This document shows positions 9,082 to 19,232 of a stretch of DNA of 32,000 nucleotides, in pieces. Origin of the DNA: Crocosphaera subtropica ATCC 51142 (GTDB lineage Bacteria > Cyanobacteriota > Cyanobacteriia > Cyanobacteriales > Microcystaceae). Within the stretch, counting starts at the first letter, position 1. Each line of letters opens with the position of its first letter. Where the stretch lies: assembly GCF_000017845.1 (NCBI RefSeq), contig NC_010546.1, positions 4,530,001 to 4,562,000 on the forward strand, written 5' to 3'. Both the position numbers and the translations under genes were made by a program. The notes under the pieces were generated by a model that was not told where the DNA came from, searched no databases, and saw only the letters and a program-made list of their open reading frames with translations.

Positions 9082-9087
9082 AAAAAC

Positions 9088-10773
9088 TTAAAACAAATTC
9101 AAGTCAGTAACTGCCCCTAAACTACTAGAAGAAACTAACTTAGCATACTTCCCTAATACCCCTCTTTGATAACGAGGTTCAGGGGCTTTCCAGTTAGCCC
9201 GACGTTGGCTTAATTCTTCTTCTGAAACATTCACTTGCAGCAGCTTTTTTTTAGCATCAATGGTAATACTATCACCCTCTTCGACTAAGCCGATAGTTCC
9301 CCCAACATAAGCTTCTGGGGCAACGTGACCCACGACTAAACCATAGGTTCCCCCAGAAAAACGTCCATCGGTAATTAAGCCCACAGAATCACCTAAACCG
9401 GCACCAATAATAGCAGAGGTTGGTGCTAACATTTCGCGCATTCCTGGACCGCCTCTAGGACCTTCGTAGCGGACAATAATCACATCTCCTGCGTTAATTT
9501 TTCCTGCTAAAATTGCCTCTAGACATTCCTCTTCTGACTCAAAAACTCGTGCCGGACCTGTTATTTGAGGATTCTTCACCCCACTAATTTTAGCAACTGC
9601 GCCTTCAGAGGCTAAATTACCTTTTAAAATGGCTAGATGTCCCTCTTTATAAACAGGGTTATCCCAGGAACGAATGACATCTTGATTAGCAGGGGGTTCA
9701 TCCGGTACATCGGCTAGAATTTCTGCTATAGTTTGACCGGAAATCGTCAACGCATCCCCATGTAATAATCCATGATTTAATAACATTTTCATTACTTGAG
9801 GAATACCACCAGCTTGATGCAAATTAACGGTAACATACCGTCCCGATGGTTTTAAATCACACAAGACGGGAACCCGTTGACGGATGGTTTCAAAATCGTC
9901 TAAGGTGAGGTCAACTCCTATGGTATTGGCTATGGCTAAAAGGTGTAACACTGCATTGGTAGATCCCCCCACAGCCATGATGACAGAAACGGCATTTTCA
10001 AAAGCTTTTCGGGTTAAAATTTGACGAGGTAAAATCTGATTACGAATGGCATTTACTAATACAAAGGCTGACTTTTCGGTACTATCTGCTTTTTCTGCAT
10101 CTTCTGCAGCCATTGTAGACGAGTAGGGCAAACTCATACCCATCACTTCAAAAGCCGAAGACATGGTATTGGCGGTGAACATTCCTCCACAGGACCCGGC
10201 ACCAGGACAGGCGTTGCGTTCAATGGCTAGTAGTGTGTTATCATCAATCTTACCAGCGCTATGTTGGCCAACCGCTTCAAAGGCACTAACCACCGTTAAA
10301 TCTTCCCCGTTGTAATGACCGGGTTTAATAGTTCCTCCATAGACAAAAATAGCAGGTATATTCATCCTTGCCATGGCTATCATCGCCCCTGGCATATTCT
10401 TATCACATCCACCAATAGCGATCACCCCATCCATGCTTTGACCATTACAAGCGGTTTCAATGGAGTCGGCAATGACATCCCGTGACACTAGGGAATATTT
10501 CATGCCTTCTGTTCCCATAGAAATACCATCACTGATAGTAATCGTACCGAACATTTGAGGCATACCGCCCGCACTTTTAATCCCTGCTTCAGCCCGTTTG
10601 GCTAAGTCATTAATCCCCATGTTACAAGGGGTAATGGTACTGAAGCCATTCGCTACCCCAACAATAGGCTTATTAAAGTCATCGTCTCCGAAGCCGACAG
10701 CCCTCAACATGGCACGGTTAGGAGTTCTTTGACTTCCTTGGGTAACAGCACGGCTTCTTAAATTTTCAGACAT
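9088..10773 (-). CDS. ilvD: Dihydroxy-acid dehydratase
   Basis: 561 aa. The sequence includes [18 protein letters not shown], the [16 protein letters not shown] Fe-S cluster motif and [10 protein letters not shown]. Confidence 0.97.
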   Translation of the reverse strand: MSENLRSRAVTQGSQRTPNRAMLRAVGFGDDDFNKPIVGVANGFSTITPCNMGINDLAKRAEAGIKSAGGMPQMFGTITISDGISMGTEGMKYSLVSRDVIADSIETACNGQSMDGVIAIGGCDKNMPGAMIAMARMNIPAIFVYGGTIKPGHYNGEDLTVVSAFEAVGQHSAGKIDDNTLLAIERNACPGAGSCGGMFTANTMSSAFEVMGMSLPYSSTMAAEDAEKADSTEKSAFVLVNAIRNQILPRQILTRKAFENAVSVIMAVGGSTNAVLHLLAIANTIGVDLTLDDFETIRQRVPVLCDLKPSGRYVTVNLHQAGGIPQVMKMLLNHGLLHGDALTISGQTIAEILADVPDEPPANQDVIRSWDNPVYKEGHLAILKGNLASEGAVAKISGVKNPQITGPARVFESEEECLEAILAGKINAGDVIIVRYEGPRGGPGMREMLAPTSAIIGAGLGDSVGLITDGRFSGGTYGLVVGHVAPEAYVGGTIGLVEEGDSITIDAKKKLLQVNVSEEELSQRRANWKAPEPRYQRGVLGKYAKLVSSSSLGAVTDLNLF

Positions 10774-11005
10774 TGTAGCGTTCTCCTTGTGGCTGTGGCA
10801 ATATTTCTATTTTCCTTCTTTCTTAGCCTTCAGAAGATGAAAAGATAACAAAAATTTTACAATTGACGGCTTCTCCAATAGTTTAATTTCTAGTCTTTGA
10901 TAGAGGATGTTTTGATTCTGATGAATGGGTGAGTTACGGTGTGGATAACAACTAATTAGTTAAAAATTCAGCCTACACCTAACCCACTCTACAGAATGTT
11001 ATGAT

Positions 11006-13594
11006 TTACTCGCTAACCATTTCTGCTGCTTCCTCTTCTCCTTCTCCTTCGTCGGTTTCAGGGGCAGGAGGAACTAAAGCAACCGCAGCGATCGCATCGT
11101 CATCATCTAACCGTTGTACCCGAACCCCCGTAGCAGCGCGAGACTGCATGGAAATAGCGTCCACTGCTTGACGAATAATAATGCCTCGGTTAGAAACGAT
11201 CATTAATTCATCCTCTGCATTGACCACATGAAGGGAGGCTAAACAATCGGTTTTTGACTTAAACTTGATCGCCCGAACGCCCATTCCAGCCCGTCGTTGC
11301 AGACGAAACTGGGAAATCGGAACTCGCTTACCATACCCCCCATTGGTAATGGCTAAGATCCAAGGGCCCTCAGTGGTTTCTTCTTCGGTTAACTCTTCGG
11401 TTTCATTTTCTAAAACGTCTTCGTCTTCGGCTGCATCTCCTATCCCTGCGGTGACTTGTGCCGGCAACACATCCATGCTAATTAATTCGTCCCCTTTCTT
11501 CAATTTCATGGCTTTGACTCCTCTGGTTGCCCGTCCCAGAGGTCGCAGTTGTTGGTTATCGGCTTGAAAATGGATAGCCATTCCTTTACGGGTTCCGAGA
11601 ATAATACTATCTTCTTCTCTGGTGAGTCTTACCCATCGCAGTTGATCGCCGTCTCCGAGAGAAATGGCGATTAAACCATTGGTTCTAATATTACTAAAGG
11701 CAGAAAGGGCGGTTTTTTTGATGTAACCGTTACGGGTTAACATAACTAGAAAAACGTCTTCCCTAAACTCACTCACGGCGACAATAGAAGTAATTTTCTC
11801 ATCTTTGGGGATGGGTAACATTTGAACGATGGGAATGCCTCTGGCGGTTCTAGAGGAGGACGGTATTTGATAAGCATTGACGGCATAAACCACGCCGCGA
11901 TCGCTGAAAAAGAGAACTTGATCGTGATCGCAACAGGTTAAAAAGTGTTCAACTACATCGTCGTCTTTAATTTTGGCGGCTGCTTTCCCTCTCGTAGCCC
12001 GTTGTTGTGCCTCAAAGGTACTGACGGGCATCCGTTTGATGTAACCTTGTTCGGTGAGGAGGATAATGGCTTGTTCGTTGGCAATAAGGTCAGTATCGAC
12101 AATTTCTCCGTCATCGTGAACGATTTCCGTGCGTCGAGGAGTGGCATGAATGGTCTTGATCTGGGTTAATTCGTCTTCGATAATGGCTTCGATGCGTTCG
12201 CGCCTAGCTAAAATGTCTTTTAAATCGGCAATTTTTAGCTGTAATTCTTCGTGTTCGGCGTGTATTTTCTCTGCTTCTAGGGCGGTTAAGCGACGGAGTT
12301 GCATTTGTAGGATGGCATCTGCTTGTACTGGGGAGAGGCCAAACTCTTGAACTAATTCGTCTTTTGCACTGCTAGTGTCGGCTGCCCTGCGAATGAGTTG
12401 AATAACGGCATCGAGGTTATCGAGGGCGATGAGTAACCCTTGTAAGAGGTGATCTCTTTCTTCTGCTTTGCGGAGTTCGTATTGAGTGCGACGGGTGATG
12501 GTTTCAACTCTAAAGTCAAGGAAAACTTGTAAAAAGTCTTTAATGGTCAAGAGTTGGGGTTCTCCGTTGACCAAGGCTAACATATTGGCCCCAAAATTCC
12601 CTTGAACGGGGGTTTGTTTATAGATGTTATTGAGGACGACTCTGGGGTAAGCGTCTCGCTTGAGTTCGATCACCACTCGCATTCCGTCACGATCGCTTTC
12701 ATCGCGAATATCAGAAATGCCGTCAATACGTTTTTCGTTCACTAAGTCGGCGATGCGTTCAATTAAAGCTGCTTTGTTGGTTTGATAGGGGAGTTGAGTG
12801 ATAATAATGGCTTCGCGATCAGGCCGGCCCCGTTGTTCGATGGTTTCTATTTGGGCGACTCCTCGCATGGTGATCGAACCCCGTCCGGTCATGTATGCGT
12901 CGTGAATGCCGGATCGACCTAAGATTTGTCCGCCGGTGGGAAAGTCTGGGCCGGGGATAATCTTAATCAGTTCTTTTTCGCTTAAGTCTGGGTTATGAAT
13001 GAGGGCGATGGTTCCGTCTATTAATTCTCCAAGGTTATGGGGAGGAATATTGGTGGCCATCCCTACTGCAATACCAGAGGAACCGTTAAGCAGTAACTGG
13101 GGTACTCTGGCGGGTAAGACGATGGGTTCTTGTTGTGATCCGTCGAAGTTATCAGCAAAGTCAACGGTATCGGCTTCAATATCTCTGAGTAGGGCGTTGG
13201 TAGATAAAGCTTGCAGACGACATTCTGTGTAACGCATGGCTGCAGGGGGATCGTTATCCACCGAACCAAAGTTACCGTGGCCTTCGATCAAAGGACTCCG
13301 CATGGAAAAGTCCTGGGCCATCCTCACTAAAGCATCATATACGGCAGTGTCACCGTGGGGGTGATATTTACCTAAGACTTCCCCAACGACACGGGCGCAT
13401 TTTCTAAAAGGGCGATCGGGAGTTAAACCCAGTTCATACATGGCGTAGAGAATGCGACGATGAACCGGCTTTAAACCATCCCTGGCATCGGGTAATGCTC
13501 GTCCCACAATGACGCTCATGGCGTATTCTAAATAAGAACGGGACATTTCATTACTCAAGTCTGTGGGGATAATTCTATCTTGAGGGATGGTCAT
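11006..13594 (-). CDS. gyrA: DNA gyrase subunit A
   Basis: 862 aa. It has [27 protein letters not shown], the active-site region AAMRYTE, C-terminal beta-pinwheel repeats and an acidic tail. Confidence 0.97.
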   Translation of the reverse strand: MTIPQDRIIPTDLSNEMSRSYLEYAMSVIVGRALPDARDGLKPVHRRILYAMYELGLTPDRPFRKCARVVGEVLGKYHPHGDTAVYDALVRMAQDFSMRSPLIEGHGNFGSVDNDPPAAMRYTECRLQALSTNALLRDIEADTVDFADNFDGSQQEPIVLPARVPQLLLNGSSGIAVGMATNIPPHNLGELIDGTIALIHNPDLSEKELIKIIPGPDFPTGGQILGRSGIHDAYMTGRGSITMRGVAQIETIEQRGRPDREAIIITQLPYQTNKAALIERIADLVNEKRIDGISDIRDESDRDGMRVVIELKRDAYPRVVLNNIYKQTPVQGNFGANMLALVNGEPQLLTIKDFLQVFLDFRVETITRRTQYELRKAEERDHLLQGLLIALDNLDAVIQLIRRAADTSSAKDELVQEFGLSPVQADAILQMQLRRLTALEAEKIHAEHEELQLKIADLKDILARRERIEAIIEDELTQIKTIHATPRRTEIVHDDGEIVDTDLIANEQAIILLTEQGYIKRMPVSTFEAQQRATRGKAAAKIKDDDVVEHFLTCCDHDQVLFFSDRGVVYAVNAYQIPSSSRTARGIPIVQMLPIPKDEKITSIVAVSEFREDVFLVMLTRNGYIKKTALSAFSNIRTNGLIAISLGDGDQLRWVRLTREEDSIILGTRKGMAIHFQADNQQLRPLGRATRGVKAMKLKKGDELISMDVLPAQVTAGIGDAAEDEDVLENETEELTEEETTEGPWILAITNGGYGKRVPISQFRLQRRAGMGVRAIKFKSKTDCLASLHVVNAEDELMIVSNRGIIIRQAVDAISMQSRAATGVRVQRLDDDDAIAAVALVPPAPETDEGEGEEEAAEMVSE

Positions 13595-13830
13595 AAGTGT
13601 CTTAACTCCGTTAACAGGGACAGTTTAAAGGACAATTGCCTTAAAAATTGACAAAAAAATCCTAATATTATTATCAATCAGGTTATTTTTATCGATCATT
13701 ACTTCTCATTTTAACATAAAAAGAAGGGCAAATGGAGCTATGTAATCAGTCTCTAAGTCTTGCAGGAATTAATATTTCCTAGAAACGATCATTTTTGGCT
13801 AAATAAGCTTTTTAATCAAAAAAAGTATAA

Positions 13831-14304
13831 TTATTTATCTAAAGGATTCAGGGAAATCATCTCCCAAGTGACGTAGGTTCCAATGGGGCTCCATAATAGA
13901 TAAGGTAATAATAAAAAGACCGATTCTTGTGAAATCGGCCACAGTAAAACAGCTAGAATCAACCCCCAAAAGAAACCCGTTGCACCGATGATAGTTCCTA
14001 CTTGTAAGCTTCGCAATTTACACATGATAGGAGTATAGGCCATGATCAATATTTCTAATAATAAATATCCTGCCATTAATAACCAAGTTTCAGTAGTTCC
14101 TGGTTGTTTTATCCAAAGTTGATAAGCTGAATACACCCCACAAATAAAAACAAATATCCAAATGAAAGGAATTGCCCATTCAAAGGTTAACCACTGGGGA
14201 CGACGGAGACGGTTAAACCAACCGGAATCACTCTTAAAAATTTTGTTAATTGAAACGGCGACTAAGAGAGTAATGCTTGCGATGATTAATAGGGGAGAAA
14301 TCAT
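13831..14304 (-). CDS. tspO: TspO/MBR tryptophan-rich sensory protein
   Basis: 157 aa with five predicted TM helices. WFNRLRRPQW matches the family WYxxLxKPxW motif. No alternative in-frame ATG, GTG or TTG occurs in the first 20 codons. Confidence 0.85.
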   Translation of the reverse strand: MISPLLIIASITLLVAVSINKIFKSDSGWFNRLRRPQWLTFEWAIPFIWIFVFICGVYSAYQLWIKQPGTTETWLLMAGYLLLEILIMAYTPIMCKLRSLQVGTIIGATGFFWGLILAVLLWPISQESVFLLLPYLLWSPIGTYVTWEMISLNPLDK

Positions 14305-15067
14305 AAATTCCCTGAACTGAACATCCTTTCAAAGAAATTGCTCCGTTTTCCATAATTGTACCACAGAAATTAACTTTATCTAAAATAGCATATTTTAACT
14401 TTGATTGTTTTAAATTTGACCCTGCTAAATTGGCTTCTTTGAGGTTAGCATAGTTTAAGTTACTTTCTTCTAAGTTAGCTTCTATTAGTTGAGCTTTAAT
14501 TAACCAAGCTCCTTCTAAATCACTTTGTTTGAGGTTGGCTTTCTTAAGATTAACCCGATTCAATAAAGTGGGCAATTCTTGATAGGTTGATAAATCAGCT
14601 TTTTCTAAATTGGCTCCTTCTAAGTTGGCATTAGATAGCTTGCTTCCTGTTAATACTGCTTCTTGGAGCTTAGCCTTTTTCATCATGCTTTTATTAAGGT
14701 TAGCATTAATGATATTAGCTTGTTCTAAGATAGCTTCTTCTAAATTGCTTTTGGATAAATTGGCCTCAAACAAATTAGCTTGTGTGAGGTTAGCTTGTTT
14801 TAATTGAGCGTCTGTTAACCTTGTTTGTTGCAGATTCGCATTCTTGAGATTGGCTTTATTTAAGTTAGTTTTGTAGAGATTAGCGTGTTGCAAATTCGCA
14901 TTTTCTAGATTAACGCCGTCTAAATCTAACTGTTGTAAATCTGCATTCTCTAAATCACAACCCATACATTCCCGTGCTATTAATAATCTATTTTTTAGGT
15001 CGGGTTTAGAGCCGTTCATAAATAACAAAACAACGGTCAACAGAAGTACAGTGATTAACACTTTCAT
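14246..15067 (-). CDS. Secreted pentapeptide-repeat protein
   Basis: 273 aa. It has an N-terminal signal-like helix (MKVLITVLLLTVVLLFM), then about 35 ANLxx pentapeptides. AGGAG lies upstream of the ATG. The 3' end overlaps the tspO start by 59 nt. Confidence 0.85.
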   Translation of the reverse strand: MKVLITVLLLTVVLLFMNGSKPDLKNRLLIARECMGCDLENADLQQLDLDGVNLENANLQHANLYKTNLNKANLKNANLQQTRLTDAQLKQANLTQANLFEANLSKSNLEEAILEQANIINANLNKSMMKKAKLQEAVLTGSKLSNANLEGANLEKADLSTYQELPTLLNRVNLKKANLKQSDLEGAWLIKAQLIEANLEESNLNYANLKEANLAGSNLKQSKLKYAILDKVNFCGTIMENGAISLKGCSVQGIYDFSPINHRKHYSLSRRFN

Positions 15068-15272
15068 TTTGCTTACTCCTATTTTCTTGACCTTGCTTTT
15101 CGCAGTGAGTATCTTATCAGCCCAAACTCTATGATTCTATTTTATCTAATTTTTGATACTATAATCGCCGAAATACACATTTTTTTAACACCCTTGAGTC
15201 TAAATATTAATTGATAATTAGTTTGTATGATGTGGGGTTATATTTTCTGATGAATACACCTTATTGATTAAT

Positions 15273-15641
15273 TCATTCTTCTGTAAAACGAATAATATCA
15301 TCATCCCCTAAATATTCTCCATTTTGCACTTCAATCATCACTAAAGGAATGACTCCAGGGTTTTCAACTCGATGACGGGTATTCATGGGAACATAGGTTG
15401 ATTCTTTTTGTTTTAAAAGATGTTCTTCCCCATCAAAAATGACTCTTGCTGTTCCTGAAACGACTATCCAATGTTCACTACGATGATAGTGCATTTGGGT
15501 GCTAATATGTTGTCCAGGATTAACCTCAATTCGATTGATACGATAACGGGGACCTTCTTCTAACATCGTTACTCTTCCCCAAGGCGGGGTGCGAGTAAAT
15601 TCGCTAGGATGAGAATCTTTTTGTGTACTCATAATACCCAA
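15273..15641 (-). CDS. Stand-alone cupin, like the C-terminal cupin of type II mannose-6-phosphate isomerase
   Basis: 122 aa. GQHISTQMHYHRSEHWIVVSGTA...NPG is the cupin GxxxxxxxHxHxxxE ... NxG pattern. It starts 7 nt after the upstream kinase gene. Confidence 0.8.
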   Translation of the reverse strand: MGIMSTQKDSHPSEFTRTPPWGRVTMLEEGPRYRINRIEVNPGQHISTQMHYHRSEHWIVVSGTARVIFDGEEHLLKQKESTYVPMNTRHRVENPGVIPLVMIEVQNGEYLGDDDIIRFTEE

Positions 15642-15648
15642 CTCATGA

Positions 15649-16845
15649 TTAGATTTGTTCCATACTTTCTTCTATTTTACTCATAACTGGTTGCTGTCGG
15701 GGTAAAATTACTGTAAAGGTGGTTCCTTTTCCTAACTGACTATCTACAAAAATTTGTCCTTGGTAAGCTTCTACACATTTACGAACAATGGATAAACCTA
15801 ATCCTGTTCCTGCAATATTTTCTACATTATCAGCCCGATAAAAGGGTTCAAAAAGATGTTTTTGAGATTCTTGAGAAATGCCGATTCCTTGGTCTTGAAT
15901 ACGAAAAGTAACGGTTTTTTCCTGAGCAATAATATCCACATAAATCTTACCCCCTTGAGGAGAATACTTAAGGGCATTATTCAATAAATTTTGTAAAATA
16001 TGCCATAATAATTTTTCATCCCATAATTCTCCTTGTAATTCTCCTTTAAAACTGACCATAATTTGATTTTTCTCTTCACAAGAAAGATGTAAAGAATAGA
16101 TTATTTGTTGGCAAAATTGCTTAATATCCAGTTCATTAAAGTTGGGTTTTAATTTACCAGCATCAGCTTTTCCTAATAGTAAAACTTCGCTAAGCAATTG
16201 ATTCATGTCTTGAACTGCTTGACGAATCATCTGAAAATAGGATAGTTGCTGATCCCTAGTTAATTGATCATGACTATCTTCTAATAATCCTGCTGATAAT
16301 AAAATTGTATTGAGAGGATTACGAAAATCATGGGAAAGTATGGAAACAAATTCAGATTTTAATTGGTTTAATTCTTGGGCTTTTAATAATTGAATGGTTC
16401 TTTCTTCGACTCTTTTCTCTAAGTCCTGATTCGCTTTTTTTAATTGTTTTTCCATCTGTTTACGTTCGATGGCATAACAAATGGAACGCACCAAAATATC
16501 CAAAGTAATATGACGTTTTACTAAATAATCTTGCGCTCCTCTTCTCACCGCTTCTAAAGCCAATTCTTCATCATTCATATTGGTTAGAACTACAATAGGA
16601 ATATGAGAATTATGATTAATAATAGGAGTCAAAGAATCTAGACCTTCACTATCGGGTAAGGTTAAATCAAGTAATATGATGTCAAATATTTGAGTTTCTA
16701 GCTGATTTAGAGCATCTTTTAGCCGTTTTTCATGGACTAAGTGAAATTCTTGCCTGGTTGCGCCTTTTAGCACTTCATGCAATAGTCTAGCTTCTGCTGG
16801 GGCATCCTCAATTAACAAGACTTTGATAACATTGGTTAGACCCAT
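15649..16845 (-). CDS. Hybrid response-regulator receiver / histidine kinase (REC-HisKA-HATPase_c)
   Basis: 398 aa. The REC domain has LLDLTLPD. The H-box is SHDFRNPL, the N-box NLLNNALKYSP, and the G-boxes DQGIGI and GTGLGLSI. There is no other sensory domain. Confidence 0.9.
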   Translation of the reverse strand: MGLTNVIKVLLIEDAPAEARLLHEVLKGATRQEFHLVHEKRLKDALNQLETQIFDIILLDLTLPDSEGLDSLTPIINHNSHIPIVVLTNMNDEELALEAVRRGAQDYLVKRHITLDILVRSICYAIERKQMEKQLKKANQDLEKRVEERTIQLLKAQELNQLKSEFVSILSHDFRNPLNTILLSAGLLEDSHDQLTRDQQLSYFQMIRQAVQDMNQLLSEVLLLGKADAGKLKPNFNELDIKQFCQQIIYSLHLSCEEKNQIMVSFKGELQGELWDEKLLWHILQNLLNNALKYSPQGGKIYVDIIAQEKTVTFRIQDQGIGISQESQKHLFEPFYRADNVENIAGTGLGLSIVRKCVEAYQGQIFVDSQLGKGTTFTVILPRQQPVMSKIEESMEQI

Positions 16846-16983
16846 AATAATCCTGTCCTGTTTTGCTTTCTATTTCTAGAGTAGCGTGATTTCGGATTGA
16901 TAACTCTCATCCTTGCTAAATCTTTATCAAACCTCATCACTATTATGCAGATTTTACATAGTATATGATGGATAGATGAGGTT

Positions 16984-18231
16984 TCAAAAATTAAGAGAAC
17001 AAAGTTCATCTGATAACCATTCTGTAGTGGCTTTAAAATCGTGTCCAGGGGCTGGTAACAAAGTCAGATACCTTCCTTGACGAATTAAGTAGGCTGATTT
17101 ACCCGTAACCACAAACTGGTCAAAAAGCTGGGCCGCACTGTCATCTAAGCCTAATTTGAGCAAAGATCCTTTAATATCCACTTCTGCATGAGTTGGTTTT
17201 TGATTATGGGCTAATGCTTGAAGATTTTGAGCGATCGCCGTTCCTTCTTGGTAAGCTACTTGAGCTAATGGGGGTAAGGGATGATTTAAGATGGTAGCAC
17301 AGTCACCCCCGACAAAAACATTGGGAAAATGGGGCAGTTGCAAGGTTGGGGCAAGCAATAATCGGCCTTGTTTGTCTCGATGGGACTCAGGAATGGGTAA
17401 GGAGTGGATCAAGGGATGGGTTTGGGTTCCAGCCGTCCAAACAATGGTAGCTGCTTCGAGGGTGTGAGTTTGCTCTTGATATTGATAGTACAATTGTCTA
17501 GGTTGTACCTTTGTGACAGAAGCGTTTAACAACAATTCTACCGATACTTTTTTGTCTGTTAAGGCCGTTTTTGCTGCTTGGCGCAATTCAGTATTAATAT
17601 CTCCTTGTAAGATATTCTCGTCCTGATTAAGTAATACAAGGCGTATTTCAGCCCAGTTTCCTCCCCTTTGATGGTACCACTGAGGTAAACTATCGGCTAA
17701 AGTGGCAGCTAATTCCACCCCAGATGGTCCAGCGCCGACGATAGCAACGGTTAAAAGGTGACGGCGTTGTTGAGAATCTTGGATTTCACTCCCTCGTTGA
17801 AGACATTGTTGTAAATGTTGTTTGAGGGTAATAGCATCTTGGCGAGTCCGAAACGATAATGTATGTTCTTTTGCCCCTTCTATCCCAAAATAACTGCTAC
17901 AACTCCCCAACCCGATCACTAATTTGTCATAGTTGCAAATGGTGCCAGACTTCAGTGTTAAGGTGTTCTGGGGGAGGTCAATTGCTTCAACGGTATCACA
18001 AATAAATTGAACTTTTTCTGGGTCTAAGAGCTTATCGTAGCGAGGACATACCTGAAAATCATCCATTTCACCACTTAAAAGCTCATATAATAGAGGTTTA
18101 AAGATAAAGCGTTCTGTCTGATCGATGAGAATGATCGGATCAGGATAATTTTGTTGTTGCAAATGTAGTGCGGTGAAGAGTCCGACGAAACCTCCTCCAA
18201 TAATAACTGTTGAGTTGCTTGAATGATTCAT
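16984..18231 (-). CDS. Type II NAD(P)H dehydrogenase, NdbB/NDC1-like
   Basis: 415 aa. It has the dinucleotide motifs VIIGGGFVGLFTA and IVGAGPSGVELA. ERFIFKPLLYELLSGE is, from memory, typical of the NdbB/NDC1 clade. Confidence 0.85.
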   Translation of the reverse strand: MNHSSNSTVIIGGGFVGLFTALHLQQQNYPDPIILIDQTERFIFKPLLYELLSGEMDDFQVCPRYDKLLDPEKVQFICDTVEAIDLPQNTLTLKSGTICNYDKLVIGLGSCSSYFGIEGAKEHTLSFRTRQDAITLKQHLQQCLQRGSEIQDSQQRRHLLTVAIVGAGPSGVELAATLADSLPQWYHQRGGNWAEIRLVLLNQDENILQGDINTELRQAAKTALTDKKVSVELLLNASVTKVQPRQLYYQYQEQTHTLEAATIVWTAGTQTHPLIHSLPIPESHRDKQGRLLLAPTLQLPHFPNVFVGGDCATILNHPLPPLAQVAYQEGTAIAQNLQALAHNQKPTHAEVDIKGSLLKLGLDDSAAQLFDQFVVTGKSAYLIRQGRYLTLLPAPGHDFKATTEWLSDELCSLNF

Positions 18232-18626
18232 AATTAATGCAGTATAAGTATATTGGTTTCTTCAAAGGTAACCATAGGCAATCACATCGTTATGGTTAGG
18301 ACAGAAACATTGGTTACTTGGTACTATTGTTTTGAGAATAATTGAAATAGAAGAAAAGTCTCATCTGTCTAATAGTAGAAATTCATTATTGTGCGATCGC
18401 TAATCTAACCATATTGAGGGTGCGATATCTAAAGAACCTGAGGTCGGAGTTAGAGCATATGCAACGAAATAATGGGTGTTTTAGGAAACGTTTTATTAAC
18501 CTTTGAGCTTATCCCGAATTGATGTTAAAGAGATATGGATGTTACTCAATTTTTAATCCCAATGTCAAAAGTTACTAGAGATTTACTTAATATTCTGCTT
18601 CCCCAGGCTCTGTAATATAATAAAAC

Positions 18627-18731
18627 GGGAACCGCCAAGACCGCAGTAGACTCACCGTACGACGGCGCAGGGTCGCTCGTCTGCCTCAAAGCGCACTGCG
18701 AAGCGGATCTCTTCGAGATCACCTTTGTCCC
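18627..18731 (+). promoter_or_regulatory. GC-rich structured island in the yjbQ operon leader (candidate cis-regulatory RNA or sRNA, class unknown), with TATAAT at 18616-18621
   Basis: Hand count gives 65 of 105 G+C (about 62%), against roughly 30% in the flanks. Hairpins lie at 18661-18681, 18696-18706 and 18706-18720. There is no in-frame start codon and no U-tract. Confidence 0.35.
18691..18723 (+). repeat. 33-nt double mini-hairpin element, copy B (non-coding leader)
   Basis: gcgcactgcgaagcggatctcttcgagatcacc matches 3261-3293 at 31 of 33 positions. Confidence 0.8.
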
Positions 18732-18780
18732 TCACAAGTATGAGAATTGCTATATTTGTATTAAACAACAGTTACTAGCA

Positions 18781-19197
18781 ATGATTTATCAAGAGACAAT
18801 TACAATTTCTACTCAAGACAATGGAGATTTACATGATTTAACTAAGTCCGTTTCTTGCATCGTAAAAAAAGCAAAAGTTACTACTGGAATGGTTAATATT
18901 TTTAATATAGGAAGCACTGGAGTCATAGGCGCTATTGAATTTGAGCCAGGTTTAAAGAAAGATTTACCAGAATTCCTCAATAAATTAATTCCTCCTAGTC
19001 GAGATTATGGACATGAAAAAACTTGGCATGACGGTAATGGACATTCTCATTTACAGGCAACCCTTTTAGGTCCATCTATGACAGTTCCTATTACCAATGG
19101 CAATCTAAAATTAGGTACTTGGCAACAGATTTTTCATTTAGAATGTGATATTAAACCGCGTCAACGCCAGATTATTGTTACGGTATATGGCGAATAA
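18781..19197 (+). CDS. YjbQ/UPF0047 family protein (secondary thiamine-phosphate synthase family)
   Basis: 138 aa. The pattern is DLTKSV...GMVNIFNIGSTGVI...HDGNGHSHLQATLLGPS...LGTWQQIFHLECD. Confidence 0.85.
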   Translation: MIYQETITISTQDNGDLHDLTKSVSCIVKKAKVTTGMVNIFNIGSTGVIGAIEFEPGLKKDLPEFLNKLIPPSRDYGHEKTWHDGNGHSHLQATLLGPSMTVPITNGNLKLGTWQQIFHLECDIKPRQRQIIVTVYGE

Positions 19198-19232
19198 TTC
19201 TTAGTAAGTAATCTCCAACAATATAACATTTA

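Noticed and set aside
11330-11470. Acidic insertion ([23 protein letters not shown]) in the GyrA C-terminal domain, considered as a possible intein or foreign insert
   Set aside because: It is far too short and lacks intein splice motifs. Acidic loops and tails are common in GyrA C-terminal domains.
11265-13269. Six short ORFs on both strands within gyrA (11265-11567, 11945-12169, 11953-12147, 12150-12350, 12999-13232, 13063-13269)
   Set aside because: All are nested in or antisense to the gyrA reading frame. They are the kind of long shadow frames expected in a relatively GC-rich gene.
14340-14960. Striking roughly 15-nt periodic DNA repeats (ttagc / ttggc every 15 nt) that could be mistaken for a tandem-repeat or CRISPR-like array; also the track ORF 14610-14807
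   Set aside because: The periodicity is the coding consequence of ANLxx pentapeptide repeats in the minus-strand CDS. There are no unique spacers and no repeat-spacer architecture.
18647-18660. NtcA-like site GTA-N-TAC
   Set aside because: The spacing is N9, not the canonical GTAN8TAC, and it lies inside the putative transcribed island rather than at about -41.
18627-18731. TPP riboswitch, because the downstream gene family is annotated as a secondary thiamine-phosphate synthase; also guanidine-III, because of the words CCGUAC and GACGGCGC
   Set aside because: The TPP core elements (CUGAGA ... ACCUGAUCUGGAUAAUGCCAGCG) are absent. The guanidine-III resemblance is limited to two short words in the wrong arrangement. 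Neither is claimed.
18535-18780. A 26-codon uORF (ATG 18535, TAA 18613) that is in frame with the stop-free leader and with yjbQ, suggesting stop-codon read-through or a longer ancestral gene
   Set aside because: YjbQ-family proteins are about 135-140 aa and this one is complete from the ATG at 18781. The shared frame has roughly a one-in-three chance of arising, and a 55-codon open stretch in GC-rich DNA is not improbable. It is kept only as an alternative explanation within the repeat-element finding.
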